Under the pieces are notes generated by a model that worked only from the letters and a program-made list of their open reading frames with translations, had not been told where the DNA came from and searched no databases. A stretch of DNA of 64,000 bases. Source: Dehalococcoidia bacterium. Its GTDB lineage: Bacteria > Chloroflexota > Dehalococcoidia > Lucifugimonadales > UBA3495. The stretch covers positions 766,979 through 830,978 of the forward strand of contig CBDEUH010000004.1 of NCBI GenBank assembly GCA_965243255.1. The letters are read 5' to 3'. Shown here in pieces: positions 19,025 through 27,174 of this stretch. Position 1 is the stretch's first letter, and every line of letters starts with the position of its first letter. The position numbers were made by a program, and so were the translations under genes.

Positions 19025-19194
19025 GCGGTGGTGGATGAGATCGTGAGGGGGCTCGCTCTTGACGCCAACGGTCTCCCGCCAGGATAGAGGGAGTTTGGCG
19101 CGGACCCTCGAATTACTGCGCTTGCCCATTGCGGAATCCCGGCGTAGAATGGCGGCACTTATCAACACCACAGAGAAATCAAGGAGAACCGGTC

Positions 19195-20409
19195 ATGGCA
19201 GAAGCGAAAGGCCCCCTGGACGGAATACGCGTAATTGACCTCGGTCGGCATCAGGCCGGCCCCCGCTGCGCTCAAGTTCTCGCCCGCCTGGGCGCGGAAG
19301 TCATAAAAGTCGAGCGCTTGGGCGGCGAGGAAACCCGTTACCATGCCCCCTGGGTTCGCAAGCAGTCGGCCTACTGGGTACAGTACAACAGCGGCAAGAA
19401 GAGCCTGAGCATCGACCTGCGCAAGGAAGAAGGCAAGGAAGTGCTCCGCAAGCTGGTCAAGGTCTCGGACGTCCTGCTGCAGAACTTCCGGCCCGGCACC
19501 ATCGACATCATGGGCTTCGGCTATGACGTTCTCTACGAGCTGAACCCCCGTATCGTCATGGTGAACGTCTCTGCCTACGGTCAGTTCGGCCCGTACCGGG
19601 ACCAGATTGGTTATGACCCCATCGGCCAGACGATGTCGGGAATCGCCATGGTAACCGGCGAGGAGGGAATGCCTCCGATTCGCGCCGGCGTGCCCATCAT
19701 CGACCGCACCACTGCTCTCCACGCGGCCATCGGTACGCTGGCTGCATTGCACGAGCGGGAATCTTCCGGCCTCGGTCAGTGCATTGACGCCTGCCTGGCG
19801 GACACCGGGTACAGCTATACGGAGATCCCCGTCACCGCATATCACGGCGCCGGCATTGAACCGCGTCGTGGCGAGTCGGCGGCGCCGCCGTCGGGTACCT
19901 ACCCGTGCAAGGACGGCTGGGTGCTGATTTCCGCAGGTGACCAGCACCACTGGCATCGCGTCTGTAACGCGCTGGGCAAGCCCGAGTGGCTGGAAGACCC
20001 GCGCTTTACCACCCGCCACGAGCGCGGACGTAACGGTGAGGCGGTCAACCAGGCCATGCGCGACCTGATGGCCGACATGACCATGCGGGAGGCCATCGCG
20101 CACTTCACGCATCACGACGTGGTTGCGGCGCCGGTGAACACCATCGCGCAGGCCGCCGCCGACCCGCACCCCTGGGAGCGGCGTGCCATGGTTGAGGTGG
20201 ACGACTTCCTGGCCGGCAGCATAGCCGTGTCCGGCGACTTCTGGCACTTCAGTCGGACGCCGGCGGTGGTGGGCACCACGCCGCGGGTTGGCGAGCACAA
20301 TGAGGACGTGCTGACGGGTCTGCTGGATTACACCGAAGAGCAGGTCCAAGCGCTGTACGAGGCCAACGTCATCGGCACCTTCGACCACTACGACGAAGTG
20401 CCCGGCTAA
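19195..20409 (+). CDS. family III CoA-transferase (CaiB/BaiF type), second paralogue
   Basis: Track ORF 19129..20409, trimmed to the ATG at 19195 with AAGGAG 8 nt upstream. GIRVIDLGRHQAGPRCAQVLARLGAEVIKVER. Confidence 0.9.
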   Translation: MAEAKGPLDGIRVIDLGRHQAGPRCAQVLARLGAEVIKVERLGGEETRYHAPWVRKQSAYWVQYNSGKKSLSIDLRKEEGKEVLRKLVKVSDVLLQNFRPGTIDIMGFGYDVLYELNPRIVMVNVSAYGQFGPYRDQIGYDPIGQTMSGIAMVTGEEGMPPIRAGVPIIDRTTALHAAIGTLAALHERESSGLGQCIDACLADTGYSYTEIPVTAYHGAGIEPRRGESAAPPSGTYPCKDGWVLISAGDQHHWHRVCNALGKPEWLEDPRFTTRHERGRNGEAVNQAMRDLMADMTMREAIAHFTHHDVVAAPVNTIAQAAADPHPWERRAMVEVDDFLAGSIAVSGDFWHFSRTPAVVGTTPRVGEHNEDVLTGLLDYTEEQVQALYEANVIGTFDHYDEVPG

Positions 20410-20433
20410 TCGGCACCGACGCGGAAATGCGGT

Positions 20434-20466
20434 AGGGGCGAATGATTATTCGCCCCTATTTTTTGA
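20434..20466 (+). terminator. intrinsic terminator; copy 1 of the GGGGCGAAT/ATTCGCCCC palindromic element
   Basis: AGGGGCGAAT (20434..20443), loop GATT, ATTCGCCCCT (20448..20457), then ATTTTTTG. It lies between convergent genes. Confidence 0.75.
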
Positions 20467-20489
20467 GTGATGTCGAGTCTGACACCGCG

Positions 20490-21434
20490 TTAGTCAACGT
20501 GTTGCATGATGTCGCCGGCGAACCAGTCCAGTCGCTCCAGGGCTTGGTTGAGGTCGCTGCCGCGGATGTCGAAGATGATGTGGGATACACCGACCTCGGA
20601 GTAGGTGTGCACGTCTTCCAGAATGGCGTCGGGTGAGCCGGAGAAGCGGCGACGGGGGCCGGATTGCATCGTGGCCGGGTCGTAGAGCGGCGCCTTCATT
20701 GAAATCTGTATCTCGGCCGGGTTGCGGCCGGCCTGCTCGGCGTAACGGTTGAGGGTTACCAGGTCGCCCGCCAGCTCTTCGGGTTCCAGCGTGGCCGCCG
20801 GGATGGTGCCAACTGGATGCCAGCCGTCCCCGATGGTGGCGGCGCGGCGGATGGCCGGACGGCTCTGCCCGCCGACCCAGATAGGCGGATGGGGCTTCTG
20901 CAGGGGCTTGGGCAGGAACTGAATGTTGGAGAACTGCACGTACTTGCCGTCGAATTCCGGGTTGGGACTGGTCCACAGCTCCTGGTAAGCGCGGAGATAT
21001 TCGTCGGTTACGGCGCCGCGTTCAGCAAATGGAGGAGTGCTCAGCGCCTCGAACTCCTCTTCCATCCAGCCGACACCGACGCCCAGAATCAGGCGTCCTT
21101 GGGACAGGACGTCCAGCGTGGCCAGAATTTTGGCGGCCAGGATGGGCGGGCGGTAGGGAACAATCATGACGCTGGGCACCAGGCGGATGTTCTCGGTTAC
21201 GCCGGCCAGGTAGGTGAGCAGGGTCAGCTGCTCGAAGTACTCGCCGCTCTCGCCGGTGGGAAACTCGCCGCCTACGGTGTAGGGATAGGGCGAGTCGATG
21301 CGGCTGGGCACCAGCACGTGGTCGCCGGCCACCATGCAGTAGAAGCCGAGGCGGTCTCCGGTCTGGGCGATTTGCGCCAGCGGACCGGGCTGGGCGTTGG
21401 GGCCGTGATTGGGAAGGTAAAATCCGAATTGCAT
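20490..21434 (-). CDS. LLM-class F420-dependent oxidoreductase
   Basis: Track ORF 20490..21515, trimmed to the ATG at 21434 (MQFGFYLPNHGP...) with AGGAG upstream. Typical LLM TIM-barrel pattern. Confidence 0.85.
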   Translation of the reverse strand: MQFGFYLPNHGPNAQPGPLAQIAQTGDRLGFYCMVAGDHVLVPSRIDSPYPYTVGGEFPTGESGEYFEQLTLLTYLAGVTENIRLVPSVMIVPYRPPILAAKILATLDVLSQGRLILGVGVGWMEEEFEALSTPPFAERGAVTDEYLRAYQELWTSPNPEFDGKYVQFSNIQFLPKPLQKPHPPIWVGGQSRPAIRRAATIGDGWHPVGTIPAATLEPEELAGDLVTLNRYAEQAGRNPAEIQISMKAPLYDPATMQSGPRRRFSGSPDAILEDVHTYSEVGVSHIIFDIRGSDLNQALERLDWFAGDIMQHVD

Positions 21435-21471
21435 TGGACCACTCCTGACGGATAGGGCGAGGGAGCGTTGG

Positions 21472-21600
21472 CTAGACGCCAACCTGAACCTCACAGGCGC
21501 CGAACACCAGGGCAATAATGATCAGGACAACGACGATGCCCGCCACTACGCCGAGAACGCATCCGCAGCCTTTGCTGAACGAGTCAAAGAATCTAAACAT
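21472..21600 (-). CDS. possible 42-aa single-TM micro-protein
   Basis: Below the track cutoff. My translation is MFRFFDSFSKGCGCVLGVVAGIVVVLIIIALVFGACEVQVGV. It lies 37 nt upstream of, and co-oriented with, the LLM gene. No clear SD. Confidence 0.3.
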   Translation of the reverse strand: MFRFFDSFSKGCGCVLGVVAGIVVVLIIIALVFGACEVQVGV

Positions 21601-21722
21601 GGTGGAATAATATCCCTGAACCACCGGCCCACGGCGAAGTCGGATAGTGAGCTGGCGGCCCTGCTATAATAGCGCAGGCGGTTCGCCGCCTCAACTTGAC
21701 GCAACCGGAAAGGAGACTTCTA

Positions 21723-22142
21723 ATGCCTAACATCACCCTGGATCAGGCCGAACTCGTACTGGCCGGCGCCAAAGCCGCCGCTCTGGATTTGGGCAAGGCG
21801 TTCAGCTTCTCGGTAGTGGACGCGCGGGGCGACCTGATCACCATGTGCAAGATGGACGGCTCCGCCTGGCGGACGCCTTACGTATCGCGAGGGAAGGCGC
21901 GGGCGGCGGCCTGCTTCGGCGAGCCCAGCGGCGACCTCACTGAGCGGTCCACCACGCCCATCATGCGGGCCGTGATGGAAGTGGAGCGAGGCGAATTCGT
22001 GCCCGGGCAAGGTGCGCTGCCCATCTACATGAACGGAGAGCTGATTGGCGCCGTGGGCGGCAGCGGCGGCACGGCGCAGGAGGACGAAGACTGTTCGCGA
22101 GCGGGCATTGGCCGTCTCTCGGGCGCTTCTGCCAGCCGGTAA
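21723..22142 (+). CDS. GlcG/HbpS-like heme-binding (DUF336) protein
   Basis: Track ORF 21696..22142, trimmed to the ATG at 21723 with AGGAG upstream. LIGAVGGSGGTAQEDEDC motif. Confidence 0.8.
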   Translation: MPNITLDQAELVLAGAKAAALDLGKAFSFSVVDARGDLITMCKMDGSAWRTPYVSRGKARAAACFGEPSGDLTERSTTPIMRAVMEVERGEFVPGQGALPIYMNGELIGAVGGSGGTAQEDEDCSRAGIGRLSGASASR

Positions 22143-22225
22143 CCCGGGAGTGCGTGGATTCCCGCCCCGTATCAAGTACGGGGCAGGCTCTTCGCGGGAA
22201 TGACGACGAAGGGTGGACAAAATCA

Positions 22226-22252
22226 GGCCCCGGCAATTGGATTGCCGGGGCC
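22226..22252. terminator. bidirectional terminator hairpin
   Basis: GGCCCCGGCAAT (22226..22237), loop TGG, ATTGCCGGGGCC (22241..22252), between convergent genes. A second hairpin, CCCCGTA..TACGGGG, lies just upstream. Confidence 0.6.
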
Positions 22253-22276
22253 GATTGATTTGAGCTTGATGCGGGG

Positions 22277-22570
22277 TTAGTCGGTGGAAGAAATCTCGAA
22301 GTGCTTCACCCAGTACTCGCCGCGATAGAGGTGTTCAACTTCGCGGGCGATGTTGGCGCGGAATTCGCTGGTTTCGTAGGCCCGCAGGTCGCCCAGGGTT
22401 TCCCAGACGCTGACGCTGATGCCCTCGTCGGGGTCCTCGGTGCTGCGAATCAACTGCCGCTCGCGCAGTCCCTTGGGCTTGTTGCCGGCGGTAACGCGTT
22501 CGTGATAATGCCGCTCAAACTCTTCCCAGGAACCGGCTCGGAGCTTGCCCCAGACCATTCGTATGAACAT
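22277..22570 (-). CDS. ABM (antibiotic biosynthesis monooxygenase)-like small protein
   Basis: Track ORF, 97 aa with a ferredoxin-like alpha+beta pattern (MVWGKLRAGSWEEFERHY...VSVWETLGDLRAYE). Confidence 0.6.
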   Translation of the reverse strand: MFIRMVWGKLRAGSWEEFERHYHERVTAGNKPKGLRERQLIRSTEDPDEGISVSVWETLGDLRAYETSEFRANIAREVEHLYRGEYWVKHFEISSTD

Positions 22571-22608
22571 TTCGTAATTTCCTCCTTGGATTTGATTTGC
22601 CGAATTGG

Positions 22609-23298
22609 TTAGTGTTCCAGGTCGCCGGTGGCGTGGGCGATGATTTTGGCCGCCGTCTCGTCGCTCATGTGCCCCATGTCAAGCATCAGATGATACAGCG
22701 TCGGGTCGTGGGGAGATACCTTGAAAAATTTCTGGAAGAACTTGACCCGCGCCTCTTCCAACCCTTCCAGGTAGGCGCTGGCTTCGGCTTCACCCAGGTG
22801 CTCACGCTCCATGATGGTTTGCACGCGCCGGGACATGGGGGCCAGCATACCGACGTGGAGCACGCCGGGGGTATCGCCAAGAATCACGTTGGCGCCGCGA
22901 CCGATGATGACGACATGGCCGGCCTGAGCCAGGTTGCGCACCACTTCGCGGGTGGTGTCGATAAACAGCTGGTCGTTGACCCGCTGCACGCGGGATGACG
23001 ATTCGCCGGCCAGTTCGTGGTACGTTTCGGGCAGGGTTTCAATGCCTACGCCCAGGTCGTAGTCGCCCGACACCGCAGCCCGCTCCAGCACCCGGCCCAG
23101 CAGGGCCGCAACCCGGTCGCCGAATCTCTCCACCCGCTGCTCTTTGGCAATGAGCATGGAGACGGGCGAACCGATGACGCGGGCGGCCTCGGCGAACACC
23201 ATACGGTCAACGTAGTTCAGGTGCAGGTCGCGGGCTACCTGCTGCCCGACAGCGATGGAGCCGGCGCCGATGGGGCCGTTAATGGTGATTACGGGCAT
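22609..23298 (-). CDS. cytidylate kinase-like family protein (degenerate P-loop)
   Basis: Track ORF. ITINGPIGAGSIAVGQQVARDLHLNYVD and the C-terminal helical region match the cytidylate-kinase-2-like family. The Walker A lysine is absent. Confidence 0.65.
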   Translation of the reverse strand: MPVITINGPIGAGSIAVGQQVARDLHLNYVDRMVFAEAARVIGSPVSMLIAKEQRVERFGDRVAALLGRVLERAAVSGDYDLGVGIETLPETYHELAGESSSRVQRVNDQLFIDTTREVVRNLAQAGHVVIIGRGANVILGDTPGVLHVGMLAPMSRRVQTIMEREHLGEAEASAYLEGLEEARVKFFQKFFKVSPHDPTLYHLMLDMGHMSDETAAKIIAHATGDLEH

Positions 23299-23319
23299 AA
23301 CAGGACCTCCTGTGCAAGC

Positions 23320-24159
23320 CTACCGGCGTCCGCCGCCGCCTCCGCCGCCACCGCCCAGGAAGCGGCGATCGGACGGGTTACCCCTGCCGCCGCCGGAGGA
23401 ACGATTGGGGGGACGGCGTCCGCCGCGGTCGCGGTCGTTGGGGTCGCTGCCGAGCATGGAGTTGCGGTCTCGCTCGCCGCCGCCGTAGCCACGGCCGCCG
23501 CCGCCGCCACCGCCGCGACCACCACGGTCGCGGTCGCGGTCACGATCACGGTCTCCGCCGTAACCGCCGCGTCCGCCACGGTCACGATCCCGGTCGCCGC
23601 CAAAGCCGCCGCGTCCGCCTCGATCACGGTCCCGGTCGCCGCCACGGCCGTAGCCTCCGCCGGGGCCGCCGCGTCCGCCACGGTCACCGCCGCGACCATA
23701 GCCGCCGCCGCGGGGGCCGCGATCACGGTCTCGGTCGAAGCCGCCGCCGTAGGAGGGACGTTCCGGGCGAGGGGGGGCCGGCTCGGTATCACCCATCAGG
23801 ACGCGGCGGGACATATTGATGCGGCCCATGTGGTCGATTTCGTGAATTATCACCGTGATTTCCTGGCCGATGTCCAGGTCATCGTTAGCCAGGTCACCCA
23901 TCTCTTCGTTGCGTACCAGGCCGTCCTTACCGCCGGGGGTAATCTCGACGAAGACGCCGAAGTTGGTGGTGCGGGTAATCTTGCCGGTGATGATGTCTCC
24001 CACCTCGGGGTCGCGCGTGAGGCCGTCAACACGGCTGCGGGCGAGTTCGATCATGGACTGGTCGCTGGAGGAGATAACGACGCCGCCGTCGTCGGAAACG
24101 TCGATGCCGCAACCGGTCTCTTCCTGGATGGCGCGGATGACGCGACCGCCGGGGCCGAT
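23320..24159 (-). CDS. pnp: PNPase C-terminal part (KH + S1 domains + RGG/DR tail), out of frame with the upstream part
   Basis: The lower part of track ORF 23320..24540 reads IGPGGRVIRAIQEETGCGIDVSDDG... (KH), then GDIITGKITRTTNFGVFVEITPGGKDGLV (S1), then a 153-aa Arg/Gly/Asp tail. It joins the upstream ORF only after a 1-nt correction near 24158..24160. Confidence 0.85.
   Translation of the reverse strand: MGPGGRVIRAIQEETGCGIDVSDDGGVVISSSDQSMIELARSRVDGLTRDPEVGDIITGKITRTTNFGVFVEITPGGKDGLVRNEEMGDLANDDLDIGQEITVIIHEIDHMGRINMSRRVLMGDTEPAPPRPERPSYGGGFDRDRDRGPRGGGYGRGGDRGGRGGPGGGYGRGGDRDRDRGGRGGFGGDRDRDRGGRGGYGGDRDRDRDRDRGGRGGGGGGGRGYGGGERDRNSMLGSDPNDRDRGGRRPPNRSSGGGRGNPSDRRFLGGGGGGGGGRR
23323..23781 (-). 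repeat. coding low-complexity tandem repeats (GGDRDRDRGGRGG[YF] units, about 39-nt period)
   Basis: Translation: PAPPRPERPSYGGGFDRDRDRGPRGGGYGRGGDRGGRGGPGGGYGRGGDRDRDRGGRGGFGGDRDRDRGGRGGYGGDRDRDRDRDRGGRGGGGGGGRGYGGG...GGGGGGGGGRR. Confidence 0.9.
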
Positions 24160-25892
24160 AGGGCGCCGATTTTCTCGACCGGAATCTGCATTCGCACCAG
24201 CTTGGGAGCGTACTTGCTCATCTGGGAACGGGGTTCCGTGATGGCTTCGGCCATGCGGTCGAGGATGTGGAGCCGGCCGACGCGGGCCTGTTCCAGGGCT
24301 TCGCTGAGCAGTTCCTGGGTGAGGCCGTCGATCTTCACGTCCATTTGCAGGGCGTTGATACCGCGCTCGGTGCCGGCGACCTTGAAGTCCATGTCGCCCA
24401 GGAAGTCTTCGATGCCCTGGATGTCGCTGAGAATGGCGTAGCGTTCGCCGTCGCCGTCGGTGATGAGGCCCATGGCAATGCCAGCAACGGGAGCGGCCAG
24501 GGGAACGCCGGCGTCCATCAAGGCCAGAGAGGAGCCGCAAACGCTGCCCATGGAGGTGGAGCCGTTGGAGGCCAGCACCTCGCTGACGATGCGGACAGTG
24601 TAGGGGAAATCTTCTTCGGGGGGCATGGCCGCCAGAATCGCTCTCTCTGCCAGCGCGCCGTGTCCGATTTCGCGGCGGCCGGGGGAACCCACTCGCCGGG
24701 CCTCGCCCACGCTGTAGGGCGGGAAGTTGTAGTGGTGCATGAACTGCTTGGTGTTGTCGGGGCCGACGGTGTCCAACGTCTGCTTCATGGACAGGGAGGC
24801 CAGGGTGGCGATGGACAGCACCTGGGTCTGGCCGCGAGTGAAGAGACCGCTGCCGTGGGCCCGGGGCAATTCGCCGACGCTGCAGGTGATGGGACGGATT
24901 TCGTCCGGCTGGCGTCCGTCGGGGCGAACTTTGAGGTTGAGAATGCGGCCGCGGACTTCGGCTTTGACGAGGTTCTTGAAGGCTTCGCCGACTTCGGCGG
25001 AGGAATAATCCTCGGACAGCTGCGCCTTTACGTCAGATTCGATGGCGTCCAAGCCGGCGTCGCGCTCGCTCTTGAAGGAGTTTTGTTCCAGGACCTCGGC
25101 GATGCGGCCGTTGACCAGGGCGTCAACCTTCTCTTGCCGCTGGGTGGCTTCGTCGTAATCGACGTGGACCTCGGTCTTGTCGGCGCCGCGCTCGGCAACG
25201 AGTTGGTCAATCAGCCCGATGGTTTGGACGTTGCTCTCGTGGGCCAGGCGGATGCCTTCCAGGATGACTTCTTCTGAGACTTCTACAGAACCGGATTCGA
25301 CCATCATGATGGCGTGGCGGTTGCTGGCCACGACCATGTTGAGCTCGGCGGCTGCGGCGCTCTGGTAGCTGGGATTGATGCTGTAGTCGCTGCCGTCCCA
25401 GGTGACGCGTGAGGCTCCGATGGGGCCGTCGAAGGGAATCTGGCTGATGGACAAGGCGGCGGAGGCCGCGACCATGCCCAGGGTTTCGGGCGGATGCTCT
25501 TCGTCAACGGAGAGCACTGTGATGATCACTTGTACTTCGTTGTGCAGGCCCTTGGGGAAAAGGGGCCGGATGCTGCGATCGGTGAGGCGGGCCGAAAGGA
25601 TGGCCTCGGTGCCGGGGCGTCCTTCGCGGCGGAAGAAGCTGCCGGGGATTTTGCCGACGGCGTACAGGCGCTCTTCAAACTCTACCGTCAGGGGCAGAAA
25701 GTCGATGCCCTCCCGGGCTTGTTCGGACATTACGGCGGTGGCCAGCAGGATGGTTTCGCCGCAGGTGATGGTTACGGAGCCGTGGGCTTGCTGGGCCAGG
25801 CGGCCGGTTTCCAGTGTGATGGGATGCCCACCGATATCGCCGTTGATGACGAAGGGGTCCATTAGTGAGCTGGTGATGTCAGTCGTGGTCAT
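24051..25892 (-). CDS. pnp: polyribonucleotide nucleotidyltransferase (PNPase), N-terminal two RNase PH domains; frame broken near 24159
   Basis: Track ORF. Typical PNPase sequence runs up to ...QIPVEKIGA. The last roughly 35 codons (LSAPAVASSAPSRKRP...) are out-of-frame read-through. Confidence 0.9.
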   Translation of the reverse strand: MTTTDITSSLMDPFVINGDIGGHPITLETGRLAQQAHGSVTITCGETILLATAVMSEQAREGIDFLPLTVEFEERLYAVGKIPGSFFRREGRPGTEAILSARLTDRSIRPLFPKGLHNEVQVIITVLSVDEEHPPETLGMVAASAALSISQIPFDGPIGASRVTWDGSDYSINPSYQSAAAAELNMVVASNRHAIMMVESGSVEVSEEVILEGIRLAHESNVQTIGLIDQLVAERGADKTEVHVDYDEATQRQEKVDALVNGRIAEVLEQNSFKSERDAGLDAIESDVKAQLSEDYSSAEVGEAFKNLVKAEVRGRILNLKVRPDGRQPDEIRPITCSVGELPRAHGSGLFTRGQTQVLSIATLASLSMKQTLDTVGPDNTKQFMHHYNFPPYSVGEARRVGSPGRREIGHGALAERAILAAMPPEEDFPYTVRIVSEVLASNGSTSMGSVCGSSLALMDAGVPLAAPVAGIAMGLITDGDGERYAILSDIQGIEDFLGDMDFKVAGTERGINALQMDVKIDGLTQELLSEALEQARVGRLHILDRMAEAITEPRSQMSKYAPKLVRMQIPVEKIGALSAPAVASSAPSRKRPVAASTFPTTAASLSPPATSP

Positions 25893-26225
25893 AACAGGAG
25901 TGTTTTCTACCTCTCTCTTCCGATTCGTGCTGCTGCCGGGCCGTCAGATGCGGCGGTATTGCGGCAAGGTTTCCGATAAATACTGGCGCCGATTCCCCGG
26001 CGGCGCGCTTTTGGTGTGCTCGTAGTTTGCGAGCGCGCTGGCTGCGATGTAGCGGCGAAGGCGGTTGTTTCAAGCTACGCATGCCGGCGTGCGGCGGTTT
26101 CGCCGAATAGTGGACAAGCCGTGTCAGAAACGGCGCCCTGGGATGAGCGGCGCGCGGGACGGCTGGGTCTCAGGCCGACCGACATAGCAGGGATTGCGCC
26201 CAAGCTGACGGTCTCAAGGCTCTAC

Positions 26226-26492
26226 TTACCGGCGCAGACCGAGCCGGGAGATCAGCCTTTGGTATCTTCCGACGTCTTCACGGCTCAGGTAGTTGAGCAG
26301 CCGTCGGCGCTTGGAAACCATGGTGACCAGGCCCCGGCGGGAGTGTACGTCCTTACGATGGGTGCGCAGGTGGTCCGTTACCTGGCGAATGCGCTCGGTG
26401 AGCATCGCCACCTGTAGTTCGGTAGAGCCGGTATCGGAGTCGTGCGTGCGGTATTCGTCGATGATTCTCTGCTTGACGTCGGTGTCCAACAT
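26226..26492 (-). CDS. rpsO: 30S ribosomal protein S15
   Basis: Track ORF, 88 aa ([35 protein letters not shown]...). Classical rpsO-pnp arrangement with a 333-nt spacer. Confidence 0.95.
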   Translation of the reverse strand: MLDTDVKQRIIDEYRTHDSDTGSTELQVAMLTERIRQVTDHLRTHRKDVHSRRGLVTMVSKRRRLLNYLSREDVGRYQRLISRLGLRR

Positions 26493-26615
26493 TACTGGTA
26501 GAGTACCCTTTCCCTTCCGGGCCCTTGCAGCCCCGCATTGCGTTAGCTTGTTGCTTCACGGAACAGGTTAGCACGGGAACCGAAAATAGGCAACCTAACG
26601 GCCAAGCCGTCAGGG

Positions 26616-26644
26616 TTGACCGTGGCGGGCGGCCGTGCTAGTTT
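26616..26644 (+). promoter_or_regulatory. sigma70-like promoter upstream of the riboswitch
   Basis: TTGACC (26616..26621), 17-nt spacer, TAGTTT (26639..26644), about 30 nt before the aptamer P1. Confidence 0.35.
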
Positions 26645-26674
26645 AGACGCGTTAACAACTGAACGCTCCAACCA

Positions 26675-26922
26675 ACACCTGTTGGTGACCCGCGTTCCGG
26701 GTAGTGGTCGATGCCAGTCGGCCAGGACCTGCGGAACACGCGGGGCAAAAGGAAATCCGGTGAAAATCCGGTGCGGTCGCGCCACTGTAATTGGCGAGAC
26801 GCTCTCCCGTTGACCTCTTTCAGAAGAGGATCGTTGACGCAAACCACTGTCTGCTCAGCGCGGATGGGAAGGTGGAGAGTCGTCGCTATCAGCCATTAGC
26901 CAGGAAGCCTGCCATCAGGTGT
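26675..26922 (+). promoter_or_regulatory. cobalamin (B12) riboswitch aptamer
   Basis: Core AAAAGGAAATCCGGTGAAAATCCGGTGCGGTCGCGCCACTGTAA (26747..26790). B12-box-like ACCACTG (26843..26849) followed by GGGAAGG (26866..26872). 3' element AGCCAGGAAGCCTGCC (26898..26913). P1 ACACCTG (26675..26681) pairs with CAGGTGT (26916..26922). Confidence 0.85.
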
Positions 26923-27011
26923 GTTCTGGCTGCACTTCGCGGAACGAGTGAAGCGGATTTACCGGTGAATCGGGCATGGCTGGCCAAGGTGAGCTGATGC
27001 CCGTGAACACA

Positions 27012-27045
27012 CCCCGTCCAACCAAGTGCGGACGGGGTTTTTGTT
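27012..27045 (+). terminator. riboswitch expression-platform intrinsic terminator
   Basis: CCCCGTCC (27012..27019), 10-nt loop, GGACGGGG (27030..27037), TTTTT. GGTGTGTTC (26918..26926) can alternatively pair with GAACACACC (27005..27013), touching the terminator 5' arm. Confidence 0.75.
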
Positions 27046-27174
27046 GTCTTCGTTGAGGGCCATTTTACTCCGCGCCGCCGAGGTCAACCCCCACTTCGCT
27101 TCTACCGCACCAGTGCGTCGGGAACCAGGGAGGAGGGTGTTCACAGGCGACTCAAAGGAGCATATAGGGAAGGA

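Noticed and set aside
19162-20388. 408-aa minus-strand ORF
   Set aside because: A full-length antisense shadow of the second CoA-transferase gene.
23320-23781. Periodic roughly 39-nt repeats considered as a CRISPR-like or non-coding tandem array
   Set aside because: The repeats are imperfect and lack unique spacers. They lie in frame inside the pnp reading frame, encoding GGDRDRDRGGRGG units.
24150-24170. Programmed -1 ribosomal frameshift in pnp
   Set aside because: A -1 slip would give the right protein (GAL-IGPGG). However, there is no slippery X XXY YYZ heptamer (the site is GCC CTA TCG) and no obvious downstream stimulator. A 1-nt indel (a real mutation or a sequence error) is more parsimonious.
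23017-24441. 474-aa + strand ORF with long Ala/Thr/Val repeats
   Set aside because: It is the reverse-complement reading of the PNPase RGG/DR tail and KH/S1 region. The repeat structure is inherited from the opposite strand.
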